NCBI RefSeq assembly: GCF_031178195.1
Contig: NZ_JAPSJL010000001.1
Span: forward strand, 263,275 to 327,274
Direction: 5' to 3'
Source: Zhihengliuella sp.
GTDB lineage: Bacteria > Actinomycetota > Actinomycetes > Actinomycetales > Micrococcaceae
DNA length: 64,000 bases
In this document: piece after piece, positions 45,005-54,015 of the stretch
How positions within the stretch are numbered: position 1 is the stretch's first letter
Layout: each line of letters opens with the position of its first letter
The notes under the pieces: model-generated
What the model was told of the DNA's origin: nothing
Database searches by the model: none
The model's input: only the letters and a program-made list of their open reading frames with translations
Made by a program: the position numbers and the translations under genes

Positions 45005-46888
45005 GTGAACTCGACCTTCCGCACGAACCATCGACCCGAACGCCACCGCTCGACCAGCATCACCCGTGCCGCCACGGGCACCCTGGCGGCCGGCGCCGTC
45101 GCCCTGCTCGCCGCCACGGCCGGCGGCGCCGCCGCGACCGCTACCCCCGCGCCGTCGGCACCCGCCGCCTCCGCCCCCGGCGAGTGGGCCGAGGAGGCCT
45201 ACCGCGGCGACGTCGAGGTCGTCCCCGGCTCCGGCGACGCCGACGAGACCCTCGAGGGCGTCGTGTTCGACGACAGGGACCGCGACTCCACGCAGGACAA
45301 CAACGAGCGCGGCATCAAGGGCGTCACCGTCTCCAACGGGCGCGACGTCGTCACCACCGACGCCCGGGGTGCCTATTCGCTGCCGGCCTTCGAGAACATG
45401 ACGGTGTTCGTCACCCAGCCGGCGGGCTGGCAGGTGCCGGTCGACGCCGACAACGTCGCCCAGTTCTCCTACAACCACCTGCCCGAGGGCTCGCCGGAGC
45501 TGAAGTTCGGCGGCATCGACGCCACCGGGGCGCTGCCCGAGGCCGTGAACTTCCCGCTGGCGAAGTCCAAGACCACCAAGTCCAAGGAGCAGCACTGCCT
45601 GATCGGCGGCGATGTGCAGACCTACACGCAGGAGGAGGTCGAGTACGCGAAGAACGGCGCATTCGCGGACCTCGCCGAGCGGACGGACTACGAGGGCTGC
45701 GGCGCCCTTTTCATCGGCGACGTGGTGGGCGATGACCTCTCCCTCTACCCGCAGACGCGCGAGCTCGCCGGCATGCTCAACGGGCCGGCGCGCTTCCTGC
45801 CCGGCAACCACGATCTGGACTTCGACGCGACCGACTCCGCGCACACGTTCGACACCTTCCGCGCGAACCTCGGCCCCGAGTACTACTCGTACGACGCCGG
45901 CCGGGCCCACGTCGTCGCACTGAACACGGTGGAGTTCCCGACCCAGCAGCCGGCCCGCAAGGGCGATTACACCGGCTCGCTGGACGAGCGCCAGCTCGAG
46001 TGGCTGCGCAACGACATCGCCAACACCCCGGAGGACAAGTTGATCGTCCTCGCAGCGCACATCCCGCTGCTGGACTTCGCCGATCAGGGCAGCTCCAAGC
46101 ACCAGGTGGCGCAGGTCAAGGAGATCTACGAGCTGCTGGAGGGCCGCGAGGCGATCGCGCTCGGCGGCCACACCCACAGCATCGAGAACCTGCGCGCCGG
46201 CGACCGGCTCGAGGGCTGGAAGGACGTGATGGGCGTCGACGAGCTGCCGTTCACGCACATCACCGCGGGCGCCATCTCCGGCGACTGGTTCTCCGGCCAG
46301 CTGACCGAGGAGGGCTACCCGGAGGCCGTGCAGCGCGACGGCGGCCGCCCGGGCGTGCTGACGCTGGACATCGACGGCACCGACGTGACGGAGCGCTTCA
46401 CCGTCCGCGGCGAGGACGCCTCGGACCACGTGAACTCCGACCAGATGAACCTGGGTGTGAACACCCCGCGCTACCGCGAGTGGTTCGAGGCGAACAAGGC
46501 TGACAAGGGCGAGGCCGAGGAGTTCGCCGAGCCGCTCGCCGTCTCCCGCGACGACCTGGCCGGTACCACTTGGCTGACCACTAACTTCTGGATGGGCTCC
46601 ACGGGTTCGGAGGTCGAGGTCTCGATCGACGGCGGGGAGGCCGTGGCCGCCGAGCGCACGCAGAAGATGGAGGGCGAGGGCCAGCTGGTCGGCGCCGAGT
46701 ACTCCGACCCGGTGGCGGTCCAGCAGCAGCTGGTCCACGGCGGCTCGCTCGCGGACCGCATGATGCACCTCTGGCGCCTGGAGCTGCCGGCCGATCTGGC
46801 CGCCGGCGAGCACACGGCCACCGTGACCGCGACCGACGTGCACGGCCGCGAGTACACCGAGGAGCTGACCTTCACGGTCGCCGACTGA
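45005..46888 (+). CDS. Secreted calcineurin-like metallophosphoesterase with an N-terminal SdrD-B/Cna-B-like domain
   Basis: GTG at 45005 (RBS GGAGGA). Signal peptide. GVVFDDRDRDSTQDNNERGIKGVTVS.., GDVQ, GDVVGDD, GNHD, GGHTH motifs. Confidence 0.8.
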   Translation: MNSTFRTNHRPERHRSTSITRAATGTLAAGAVALLAATAGGAAATATPAPSAPAASAPGEWAEEAYRGDVEVVPGSGDADETLEGVVFDDRDRDSTQDNNERGIKGVTVSNGRDVVTTDARGAYSLPAFENMTVFVTQPAGWQVPVDADNVAQFSYNHLPEGSPELKFGGIDATGALPEAVNFPLAKSKTTKSKEQHCLIGGDVQTYTQEEVEYAKNGAFADLAERTDYEGCGALFIGDVVGDDLSLYPQTRELAGMLNGPARFLPGNHDLDFDATDSAHTFDTFRANLGPEYYSYDAGRAHVVALNTVEFPTQQPARKGDYTGSLDERQLEWLRNDIANTPEDKLIVLAAHIPLLDFADQGSSKHQVAQVKEIYELLEGREAIALGGHTHSIENLRAGDRLEGWKDVMGVDELPFTHITAGAISGDWFSGQLTEEGYPEAVQRDGGRPGVLTLDIDGTDVTERFTVRGEDASDHVNSDQMNLGVNTPRYREWFEANKADKGEAEEFAEPLAVSRDDLAGTTWLTTNFWMGSTGSEVEVSIDGGEAVAAERTQKMEGEGQLVGAEYSDPVAVQQQLVHGGSLADRMMHLWRLELPADLAAGEHTATVTATDVHGREYTEELTFTVAD

Positions 46889-47475
46889 CACTCGTCGGCC
46901 CCGAGGGCACCCGACGACGGCGAGAGGGCCTCCATCGCGCCGTCGACCGTCGTGAATCTGTCCGCGTCCGATATCGGGGAGTCCGGCATGGGCGCGACAT
47001 TCTCGCCGCTCACTGTGAATCGGCCGGCCGGGCCTCCGAGCACGATGTAGACCTCGTGCTCGGGCACCCATTCGAGGAAAAGAAGCACCGAGTCCCCACC
47101 GCGAAACAGCGGATCCTCCTCGACGTCGTGCAACACGCCCTCGTGTACACCGCCTGTCTGTCGAACCACTATGACCTCGGACTCGGGTCGCACGCCCGAG
47201 CTATGGAGCCACTTCCTAACGGACAATGTCGCGTCGCTCAATGGAACGCTACCAGCCACTAGGTCGGCGAATTCCGTCGACTGCACCTCCGCGACAACAA
47301 TTCCATCCGCAGCGTCTTTCAATTCCTTTAATGTTTCAAATTCCCCAGGGTAACTCAATTGGGGATGCACCGTAGCCGTGGGTTCCGCACTCGGACCCGC
47401 GCCTCCCGCACAAGCCGAGAGAGACAATCCTGCTGCCAACGCGAGTGCGAGAATTCTAAATTTCATGTTCGTCAT
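46471..47475 (-). CDS. Lipoprotein of unknown function; the ORF has no stop before running antisense into the phosphoesterase gene
   Basis: MTNMKFRILALALAAGLSLSAC lipobox. About 195 plausible residues down to about 46890, then 139 junk-like codons overlapping 46471-46888. Starts 12 nt after the protease stop. Confidence 0.55.
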   Translation of the reverse strand: MTNMKFRILALALAAGLSLSACAGGAGPSAEPTATVHPQLSYPGEFETLKELKDAADGIVVAEVQSTEFADLVAGSVPLSDATLSVRKWLHSSGVRPESEVIVVRQTGGVHEGVLHDVEEDPLFRGGDSVLLFLEWVPEHEVYIVLGGPAGRFTVSGENVAPMPDSPISDADRFTTVDGAMEALSPSSGALGADECQSATVKVSSSVYSRPCTSVAVTVAVCSPAARSAGSSRRQRCIMRSASEPPWTSCCWTATGSEYSAPTSWPSPSIFCVRSAATASPPSIETSTSEPVEPIQKLVVSQVVPARSSRETASGSANSSASPLSALFASNHSR

Positions 47476-47487
47476 TGCAGCCCACCC

Positions 47488-48033
47488 TCAGTAGAGCGCG
47501 TTAACGCCGTTTATGTCGTCGACTTGTGGTGTATTATGGATCCTTCCACTCGTGGCGGGGTACATTACTGCATACCTATTGGATACGTGCGCCAAGCCGA
47601 CAAGGTGCCCAACCTCGTGAACGGCAACTCCGCGAACCTTGGCATAAGAGTAATATTGAGTGTACCTAGAGTTTAGAACTCCTACAGAGCCGTTATAAAA
47701 ATATCCGCCACTGTACCGGTATTGCGCAAGCCCATCCCAGGAGACATCCGACCGATAAGCGGTCGTGAGCGTGACCTGAGCGGCCGGTGAGTTTGAGTAC
47801 CGCACAGCGAGATCTCTCATCTTATCCCAGTCTGCAATAGCGCCATTCCATGCGCTATTATGACTTCCATACTGCCCAGGATGTGGATGAGTAGTAACGC
47901 TGGCATATCGCCACTTGGCCCCAATGTGCGCATATGCTGAAGCGGATTCAGCTCCGACCGTCACAAAAGACCCGATAGCGGCAATCGTAATTACTGAGGC
48001 GACAGCACGAATTGGAAATTTTTGTTTTCTCAT
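47488..48033 (-). CDS. Secreted minimal matrixin-like zinc metalloprotease (metzincin, M10-like) without a prodomain
   Basis: RBS GGAGGA. Signal peptide ..VTVGAESASA. HEVGHLVGLAH (HExxHxxGxxH), Met-turn AVMYP, C-terminal DDINGVNALY. About 50% GC against about 70% for the window. Confidence 0.8.
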   Translation of the reverse strand: MRKQKFPIRAVASVITIAAIGSFVTVGAESASAYAHIGAKWRYASVTTHPHPGQYGSHNSAWNGAIADWDKMRDLAVRYSNSPAAQVTLTTAYRSDVSWDGLAQYRYSGGYFYNGSVGVLNSRYTQYYSYAKVRGVAVHEVGHLVGLAHVSNRYAVMYPATSGRIHNTPQVDDINGVNALY

Positions 48034-48375
48034 CAGCATCCTCCACGCTCCGCTCACGAGGGCCCACCCCGTTCGAATTAAGTGTTCCAGCCCTCAATCG
48101 CTCAATTGGCCTCGAGATGCGAACCTTGCGTATGTTTTCGATGAAGTCAATGGTTGATGCCAAACTGATACCAAAGGTCGCCAGCGGCCGGGTAGGCAGA
48201 CGAATCTGTCCATCTGCGTGGTTGGTCATCCTGCACACTCGATCGTGCGAGGTTCGGGGGCGCATATTCATCAGCGGTCGCAGTCAGTAGCCAGCGTCAC
48301 GGAGAACAGATTGCTCCGAATTCGACCGTTGCACCATATGGCCATGGCCCTTAGTCTGGCATGACCATTAGATGT

Positions 48376-49489
48376 TGTGGGTCATGACGTTATGACAGTT
48401 CCGGGACGTGAGAAGGGGTAGCTCTTCGCGGCAGGATTGATATCCGCGAAGAAACCATTCCCTGCGAGGAGCTACCCCTCATGTCCCACTCTAACGCCGC
48501 ACTGACCCCTGTCGCCCGCCTGAAGGTCGTCGAGGCTTGCCAGCACCGCCCGAAGGCCCATGTCGCGGCCGAGTTCATGATCAGCCGGGCCACCGTGACC
48601 AAGTGGTGCCGCCGCTACGCCGAGCACGGGACCGCCGGCCTGCAGGAGATCTCCAGCAGGCCGCACGCCTCCCCGTCGCAGACCCCGCCGGAAGTCGTGG
48701 CCCGGATCGAGGCGCTGCGGCGTGATCACAAATGGTCCGCGACCCGGATCGCGTTCAAACTCGGCTGCGAGGGGATCCGCATCAGCCCCCGGACAGTCGG
48801 GCGCTGGTTCGCCCGCCTCGGCATCAACCGGCGCCGGCACCCGCTCCCCGACGAGGAGAACTCGAGGAAGACCTCCCGGAAGATCACCGCCCGGTACCCC
48901 GGGCACATGGTGCACCTGGACGTGAAGAGGACCGGCCGTATCCCCGACGGCGGGGGCTGGTTCGCCCACGGCCGAGACAGTGAACAGGCCCGCGCCGCCG
49001 AACGTGCGAAGGCCAAGAAAGGCGCCCGACGCGGGTACGTGTACCTGCACACGATGGTGGACGGATTCACCCGTCTGGCCTACACCGAGACCCTGCCCAA
49101 CGAGCAGGCTCCGACCACGATCGGATTCTTCCATCGGGCCCGGGCGTTCTTCGCCACCCACGGCATCACCCGGATCACGCGGGTGGTCACGGACAACGGG
49201 CCGAACTACACGGCGAAGAACTTCGTACGATCCGTCTTGGCGACCGCCGCCTCTCATCAGCGGATCCGAGCGTACACGCCCAGGCACAACGGCAAGGTCG
49301 AACGCTACAACCGGATCCTCGCCGAGGAGTTCCTCTACGCCCGCATCTGGACCTCAGAGGACGAATGTGCCGAAGCGCTAAAGACATGGGTGATTCACTT
49401 CAACTACCATCGACCCCATAGCGCCGCGAAGGGACACCCACCCGTCTCACGCCTCCGGGCCAGTGCCACCAACGTCATGGCCTCATACA
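48376..49489 (+). mobile_element. IS481-family insertion sequence (ends approximate, about +/-30 bp)
   Basis: Imperfect terminal repeats: TGTGGGTCATGACGTT (left) against TGTATGAGGCCATGACGTT (right, reverse complement). Single DDE transposase. No target-site duplication recognisable. Confidence 0.6.
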
Positions 49490-49614
49490 CCGCCGACGCC
49501 ACCGGACAGCGAACGACGGCGGTGCCGGACCTGGAAATGGTCCGGCACCGCCGTCGTCGTTCAGCCCACCGCTCCCCCTCGGCACGCGGGCCCAATCAGA
49601 GCGGGGTGACGTAG
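48481..49614 (+). CDS. IS481-family DDE transposase; the ORF continues about 40 codons past the inferred IS end
   Basis: HTH N-terminus (ISRATVTKWCRRY). DDE residues in HLDVK, VVTDNGPNY and HNGKVERYNR. The family-typical end is near ..NVMASYT. Confidence 0.9.
   Translation: MSHSNAALTPVARLKVVEACQHRPKAHVAAEFMISRATVTKWCRRYAEHGTAGLQEISSRPHASPSQTPPEVVARIEALRRDHKWSATRIAFKLGCEGIRISPRTVGRWFARLGINRRRHPLPDEENSRKTSRKITARYPGHMVHLDVKRTGRIPDGGGWFAHGRDSEQARAAERAKAKKGARRGYVYLHTMVDGFTRLAYTETLPNEQAPTTIGFFHRARAFFATHGITRITRVVTDNGPNYTAKNFVRSVLATAASHQRIRAYTPRHNGKVERYNRILAEEFLYARIWTSEDECAEALKTWVIHFNYHRPHSAAKGHPPVSRLRASATNVMASYTADATGQRTTAVPDLEMVRHRRRRSAHRSPSARGPNQSGVT
49511..49562. terminator. Perfect 19-bp stem-loop downstream of the SDR gene
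   Basis: acgacggcggtgccggacc-tggaaat-ggtccggcaccgccgtcgt. Confidence 0.65.
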
Positions 49615-50402
49615 GCCCCGGCGATACCGCCGTCTACCAGGAACTGGCTCGCCGTGATGAAGGAGGAGTCGTCCGAGGCCAGGAAGGCGACGGCTGCGGC
49701 GAGCTCGTCCGGCTCGGCGAAGCGGCCCAGCGGCACGTGCACGAGCCGGCGCGCGGCCCGCTCCGGATCCTTGGCGAAGAGCTCCTTGAGCAGGGGTGTG
49801 TTCACCGGGCCGGGGCAGAGCGCGTTGACGCGGATGCCCTGCCGGGCGAACTCCACGCCGAGCTCCCGGCTCATCGACAGGACGCCGCCCTTGGACGCCG
49901 AGTAGGAGATCTGCGACGTGGCGGCCCCCATCACGGCCACGAAGGAGGCGGTGTTGATGATCGATCCCCGGCCCTGCTCCTGCATGTACGGGATGACGTG
50001 CTTGCAGCAGTAGTACACGGAGGTCAGGTTGACCTCCTGCACCCGGCGCCAGGCCTCGATGCCGGTCTCCAGGATGGACGCGTCGTCCGCCGGCGAGATG
50101 CCCGCGTTGTTGAAGGCGATGTCGACGCTCCCGTGCGCCTCCTTCGTCGCCTTGAAGACGTTGACGACGTCGTCCTCGTTCGTGACGTCCGTGCGCACGA
50201 ACAGGCCGCCGACCGACTCGGCCGCGGCCTGGCCCGCCTCGTCGGAGCAGATGTCGGCGATGACCACCTGCGCCCCCTCGTGGGCCAGTCGCCGGGCCGT
50301 GGCCAGGCCGATCCCCGAGGCCCCGCCGGTGATGACGGCGCTGCGGCCCTGGAGTCGGTTGCTGACCAGCCCGTTGTACGGCGCTGCGTTGGTTTCTGTC
50401 AC
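49596..50402 (-). CDS. SDR-family oxidoreductase
   Basis: AVITGGASGIGLATARRL, NNAG, YSASKGG catalytic motif. Confidence 0.85.
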   Translation of the reverse strand: MTETNAAPYNGLVSNRLQGRSAVITGGASGIGLATARRLAHEGAQVVIADICSDEAGQAAAESVGGLFVRTDVTNEDDVVNVFKATKEAHGSVDIAFNNAGISPADDASILETGIEAWRRVQEVNLTSVYYCCKHVIPYMQEQGRGSIINTASFVAVMGAATSQISYSASKGGVLSMSRELGVEFARQGIRVNALCPGPVNTPLLKELFAKDPERAARRLVHVPLGRFAEPDELAAAVAFLASDDSSFITASQFLVDGGIAGAYVTPL

Positions 50403-50442
50403 TGGATGCTCCTAGGTGTCCGGTGTGGGATGTCGGGTGTGG

Positions 50443-51819
50443 CTAGTCGGTGGAGATGAAGACGTTCTTGACCTCGGTGAAGGCGTCCAGGGCGTCGGGG
50501 CCCAGCTCGCGCCCCAGTCCCGATTGCTTGAATCCGCCGAAGGGGGTGGAGTACCGGACCGAGGAGTGGGAGTTGACCGAGAGGTTCCCGGCCTCGACGC
50601 CGCGCGAGACGCGCAGGGCGCGGCCGACGTCGGAGGTCCAGATCGACCCCGACAGCCCGAAGGCGGAGTCGTTGGCGATGCGGACGGCGTCGGCCTCGTC
50701 GTCGAAGGGGACGACGGCGACCACGGGTCCGAAGATCTCCTCCTGCAGGGCGCGCGCCCCGGGATCGCGGGGCGTCAGGACCGTGGGCGGGAACCAGAAT
50801 CCGCCGCCCTCGGGGGCCTCTCCCTGGAAGGCGACTTCGGCGCCGAGGCGGCCCTCGCCGTCGTACACGTAGGAGGCGACGGCGTCCCGCTGGGCGGCCG
50901 AGATGAGCGGACCCATGTCGGTGCCCTCGTCGCCGGGGTCGCCGACCCGGAAGGCCTTGACGGCGGGCTCGAGCAGCTCGAGGAAGCGATCGTAGGCGCT
51001 GCGCTGGACCAGGATCCGCGAGCGGGCGCAGCAGTCCTGCCCGGCGTTGTCGAAGACGCCCCCGGGGGCGTTGGCGGCGGCCTTCTCCAGGTCGGCGTCG
51101 GCGAAGACGATGTTGGCGCTCTTACCGCCGAGCTCCAGCGTGACCCGTTTGACTTGCTCCGCGCAGCCGGCCATGATCCGCTTGCCGACGCCGGTGGAAC
51201 CGGTGAAGACCACCTTCCGGACCGCCGGGTGGGTGACGAACCGCTCCCCCACCACGGAGCCCTTGCCGGGGATGACCGTGAGGACGCCCTCGGGGATTCC
51301 CGCCTCCAGCGCGAGCTCGCCGAGGCGGATGGCGGTCAGCGGTGTGAGCTCGGCCGGCTTCAGGACCACGGTGTTCCCGGCGGCCAGCGCGGGGGCGAGC
51401 CCCCAGCCGGCGATCGGCATGGGGAAGTTCCAGGGGACGATCACGCCGACCACGCCGAGCGGCTCGTGGAACGTGATGTCGACGCCGCCGGCCACGGGGA
51501 TCTGCTGCCCCAGGTGCCGCTCGGGCGCGGCCGCGTAGTAGGTCAGGACGTCGCGTACATTGCCGGCCTCCCAGCGGGCGTTGCCGATCGTGTGGCCGGC
51601 GTTCTGAACCTCCAGCTTCGCGAGGTTCTCGAGGTCGGCGTCCACCGCGGCGGCGAAACGGCGCAGGAGGCGGGCGCGGTCCGCGGGCGCCACGGCCCGC
51701 CAGGTCTCGAAGGCGGCTGCGGCCCGCTCGATCGCCCGGTCGGTGGCGGCGACGTCGGCCAGCTGGACCTCGCGGATGCCCCGGCCCGTCGCGGGGTTGA
51801 GGACGGTGAACGAGCTCAT
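50443..51819 (-). CDS. NAD-dependent aldehyde dehydrogenase
   Basis: ATG at 51819 (RBS AGGAGAG; ATGA overlap with the upstream gene). ..VPWNFPMPIAGWGLAPALAAGNTVVLKPAELTP..LELGGKSANIV..GQDCCARSR. Confidence 0.9.
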   Translation of the reverse strand: MSSFTVLNPATGRGIREVQLADVAATDRAIERAAAAFETWRAVAPADRARLLRRFAAAVDADLENLAKLEVQNAGHTIGNARWEAGNVRDVLTYYAAAPERHLGQQIPVAGGVDITFHEPLGVVGVIVPWNFPMPIAGWGLAPALAAGNTVVLKPAELTPLTAIRLGELALEAGIPEGVLTVIPGKGSVVGERFVTHPAVRKVVFTGSTGVGKRIMAGCAEQVKRVTLELGGKSANIVFADADLEKAAANAPGGVFDNAGQDCCARSRILVQRSAYDRFLELLEPAVKAFRVGDPGDEGTDMGPLISAAQRDAVASYVYDGEGRLGAEVAFQGEAPEGGGFWFPPTVLTPRDPGARALQEEIFGPVVAVVPFDDEADAVRIANDSAFGLSGSIWTSDVGRALRVSRGVEAGNLSVNSHSSVRYSTPFGGFKQSGLGRELGPDALDAFTEVKNVFISTD

Positions 51820-52586
51820 GCGTGGCTCTCCTGTCGTTGGTGTCGGTGGGCGGTGGCCGCCTCGATGAAGCCGGCGAACAGCCTCGCGTCGGCGGGGTTC
51901 TCCTCGGGGTGGAACTGCACGCCGAGCACCCAGCCCGGCGCGGCGGGGCACTCGACGGCCTCGATGGTCCCGTCGGGGGCCCAGGCCGTGGCCCGCAACC
52001 CCTCGCCCAACCGCTCCACCGACTGGTGGTGGTAGCAGGGCGAGGTGGCCGACTCCCCCAGTAGCTCCGCGGTGAGCGATCCCGGCGCGGTGGTGAACTC
52101 GACCGTGCCGAAGACGCCCGGGGACGGCTGGTAGCGCGACTCGGGCAGCAGGTCCGGCACATGCTGGTACAGCGTGCCGCCGAGGGCGACGTTGAGGATC
52201 TGCGCCCCCCGGCAGATCGCGAACAGGGGCAGCCCGCGCTCCAGCGCGGCACGGGTGAGCCGGATGTCGTGGTCGTCCCGCTCCGGCTGCGAGGCGGTGC
52301 TCGGGTGCGGCTCCGCCCCGTAGTTCGCGGGATCCACGTCGACGCCGCCGATCACGATCAGCCCGTCCAGCCCGTCCAGCACGGACTCGTCCGTGCCGAC
52401 CGGCGGCAGCAGCAGCGGGGTGCCGCCCGCGGCCACCACGCCGGTGACGTACTTGCCCGGCACGATCGCGGCGGGACTGGTCCAGACGCCCCAGGACGCC
52501 TGCTGCCAGTAGGTGGTCAGCCCGATCCGCGGCCGTCCGGCGACGCGGGGCCGGCCCGTCTCGGTTCCCAGAATCGTCGGCTCCAT
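51816..52586 (-). CDS. Gamma-glutamyl-amide hydrolase (class I glutamine amidotransferase-like, peptidase C26, PuuD-like)
   Basis: ..IGLTTY..GGVDVDP..LFAICRGAQILNVALGGTL..GVQFHPE. Confidence 0.85.
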   Translation of the reverse strand: MEPTILGTETGRPRVAGRPRIGLTTYWQQASWGVWTSPAAIVPGKYVTGVVAAGGTPLLLPPVGTDESVLDGLDGLIVIGGVDVDPANYGAEPHPSTASQPERDDHDIRLTRAALERGLPLFAICRGAQILNVALGGTLYQHVPDLLPESRYQPSPGVFGTVEFTTAPGSLTAELLGESATSPCYHHQSVERLGEGLRATAWAPDGTIEAVECPAAPGWVLGVQFHPEENPADARLFAGFIEAATAHRHQRQESHA

Positions 52587-53959
52587 CAGTGGCGCTCGAA
52601 TCCCCGGCGGACCTCCCAGTCCGTGATGGCGGCGTTGAACTGCTCGAGCTCGACGTCGGCGTAGTGCGTGTAGTGGTCGACGACCTCCTGGCCGAAGACC
52701 TCGCGGGCGATGGCCGAACCGGCGAAGAGCTCGCGGGCCTCGGCCATCGTGTGCGGGACGTGCTCGGCGTCGGAGTCGTACGCGTTGCCCTCGACCATGG
52801 GCGGCAGCTCCAGGCGGTGCTCGATGCCGTAGAGCCCGCCGGCGAGCATCGCCGAGAGGGCCAGGTACGGGTTGGCGTCGGCCCCGGGCAGCCGGTTCTC
52901 CATGCGGGCGGACTGCCCGGCCCCGACGAGGCGGACGGAGCAGCTGCGGTTGTCCAGGCCCCAGGCGACGGCGGTGGGGGCGAAGGATCCCTTGGCGAAC
53001 CGCTTGTAGGAGTTGATGTTCGGCGCGTAGAAGAGGGTGAACTCGCGCATGGTGGCGAGCACGCCGGCGATGAAGTGGTCGTACAGCGGCGTGCGCCGTC
53101 CCTCCTCGGCGTCCCAGAAGGCCAGGCCGCCGTCGAGCCCGCGCAGGGACATGTGAATGTGGCAGGAGGACCCGTCCCGCTCGTTGGGCTTGGCCATGAA
53201 GGTCACGGACTGCCCGCGCTGGGCCGCCATCTGCTTGGCCGAGAGCTTGTAGAAGACGTGGTTGTCCGCGGTGGTCACCACGTCGTCGTACCGGAAGGCG
53301 ATCTCGTGCTGGCCGAAGTTGCACTCGCCCTTGGCCGACTCGACGATCATCCCGGCGTCGTACATCGTGTTGCGGATATCGCGCAGGAGAGGCTCGACGC
53401 GCATGGAACCGAGGATCGAGTAGTCCACGTTGTACTGGTTTGCCGGCGTGAGGTTCAGGTAGTGGCCGTCGTGGGCCTCCTCGTAGCTGGTGTTGTAGAC
53501 CATGAACTCGAGCTCGGTGCCGGCGAGCGCCCGGTAGCCGAGCTCGGCGGCCTTCTCCTGCTGCGCGCGGAGCAGGCTGCGCGGCGAGACGGCGACGCGG
53601 CCGCCCGAGGTGTAGTCCAGATCCGACTGGATCATCGCCGTGCGCTCCAGGTAGGGCACCCGGCGGATGGTGTCGAGGTCCAGGTCGAACTCCATGTCCC
53701 CGTAGCCGGTGTCCCAGCTGGTCATCGAGTATCCGTCGACCGTGCGCATGTCGGTGTCGACGGCCAGGAGATAGTTGCAGGCCTCCGAGCCGCTCTCCAG
53801 GGCGGAGTCCAGGAAGAACCGGCCGTGGATGACCTTGCCCTGCAGACGTCCCTGCATGTCGGTGAAGGCGACGATCACGCTGTCGATCTCGCCGCTCCGG
53901 ACGGCCTCGCGGAGCTGCTCGACGGTGAGCATCCTGTCGTTGCGCGGATGTGAAGTCAT
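52586..53959 (-). CDS. Glutamine-synthetase-family gamma-glutamyl-amine synthetase (PuuA/GlnA4-like)
   Basis: ATG at 53959. ..TELEFMVYN..ESAKGECNFGQHEIAF..MAKPNERDGSSCHIHMSL..NINSYKRF..NRSCSVRL..ENRLPGADANPYL. Confidence 0.85.
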   Translation of the reverse strand: MTSHPRNDRMLTVEQLREAVRSGEIDSVIVAFTDMQGRLQGKVIHGRFFLDSALESGSEACNYLLAVDTDMRTVDGYSMTSWDTGYGDMEFDLDLDTIRRVPYLERTAMIQSDLDYTSGGRVAVSPRSLLRAQQEKAAELGYRALAGTELEFMVYNTSYEEAHDGHYLNLTPANQYNVDYSILGSMRVEPLLRDIRNTMYDAGMIVESAKGECNFGQHEIAFRYDDVVTTADNHVFYKLSAKQMAAQRGQSVTFMAKPNERDGSSCHIHMSLRGLDGGLAFWDAEEGRRTPLYDHFIAGVLATMREFTLFYAPNINSYKRFAKGSFAPTAVAWGLDNRSCSVRLVGAGQSARMENRLPGADANPYLALSAMLAGGLYGIEHRLELPPMVEGNAYDSDAEHVPHTMAEARELFAGSAIAREVFGQEVVDHYTHYADVELEQFNAAITDWEVRRGFERH

Positions 53960-54015
53960 GGTCCTGCTTTCCTGGTGGGTGTCGTCGGCATGGGCCTCGT
54001 CGGCGGTCAGGGGGT

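Noticed and set aside
47948-48290. ORFs 47948..48271 (-), 48012..48290 (+) and 47915..48157 (+) in the islet's non-coding part
   Set aside because: They overlap the protease start and signal peptide or each other, have no RBS and give no recognisable sequence. The region is better explained as the protease promoter/leader and decayed DNA.
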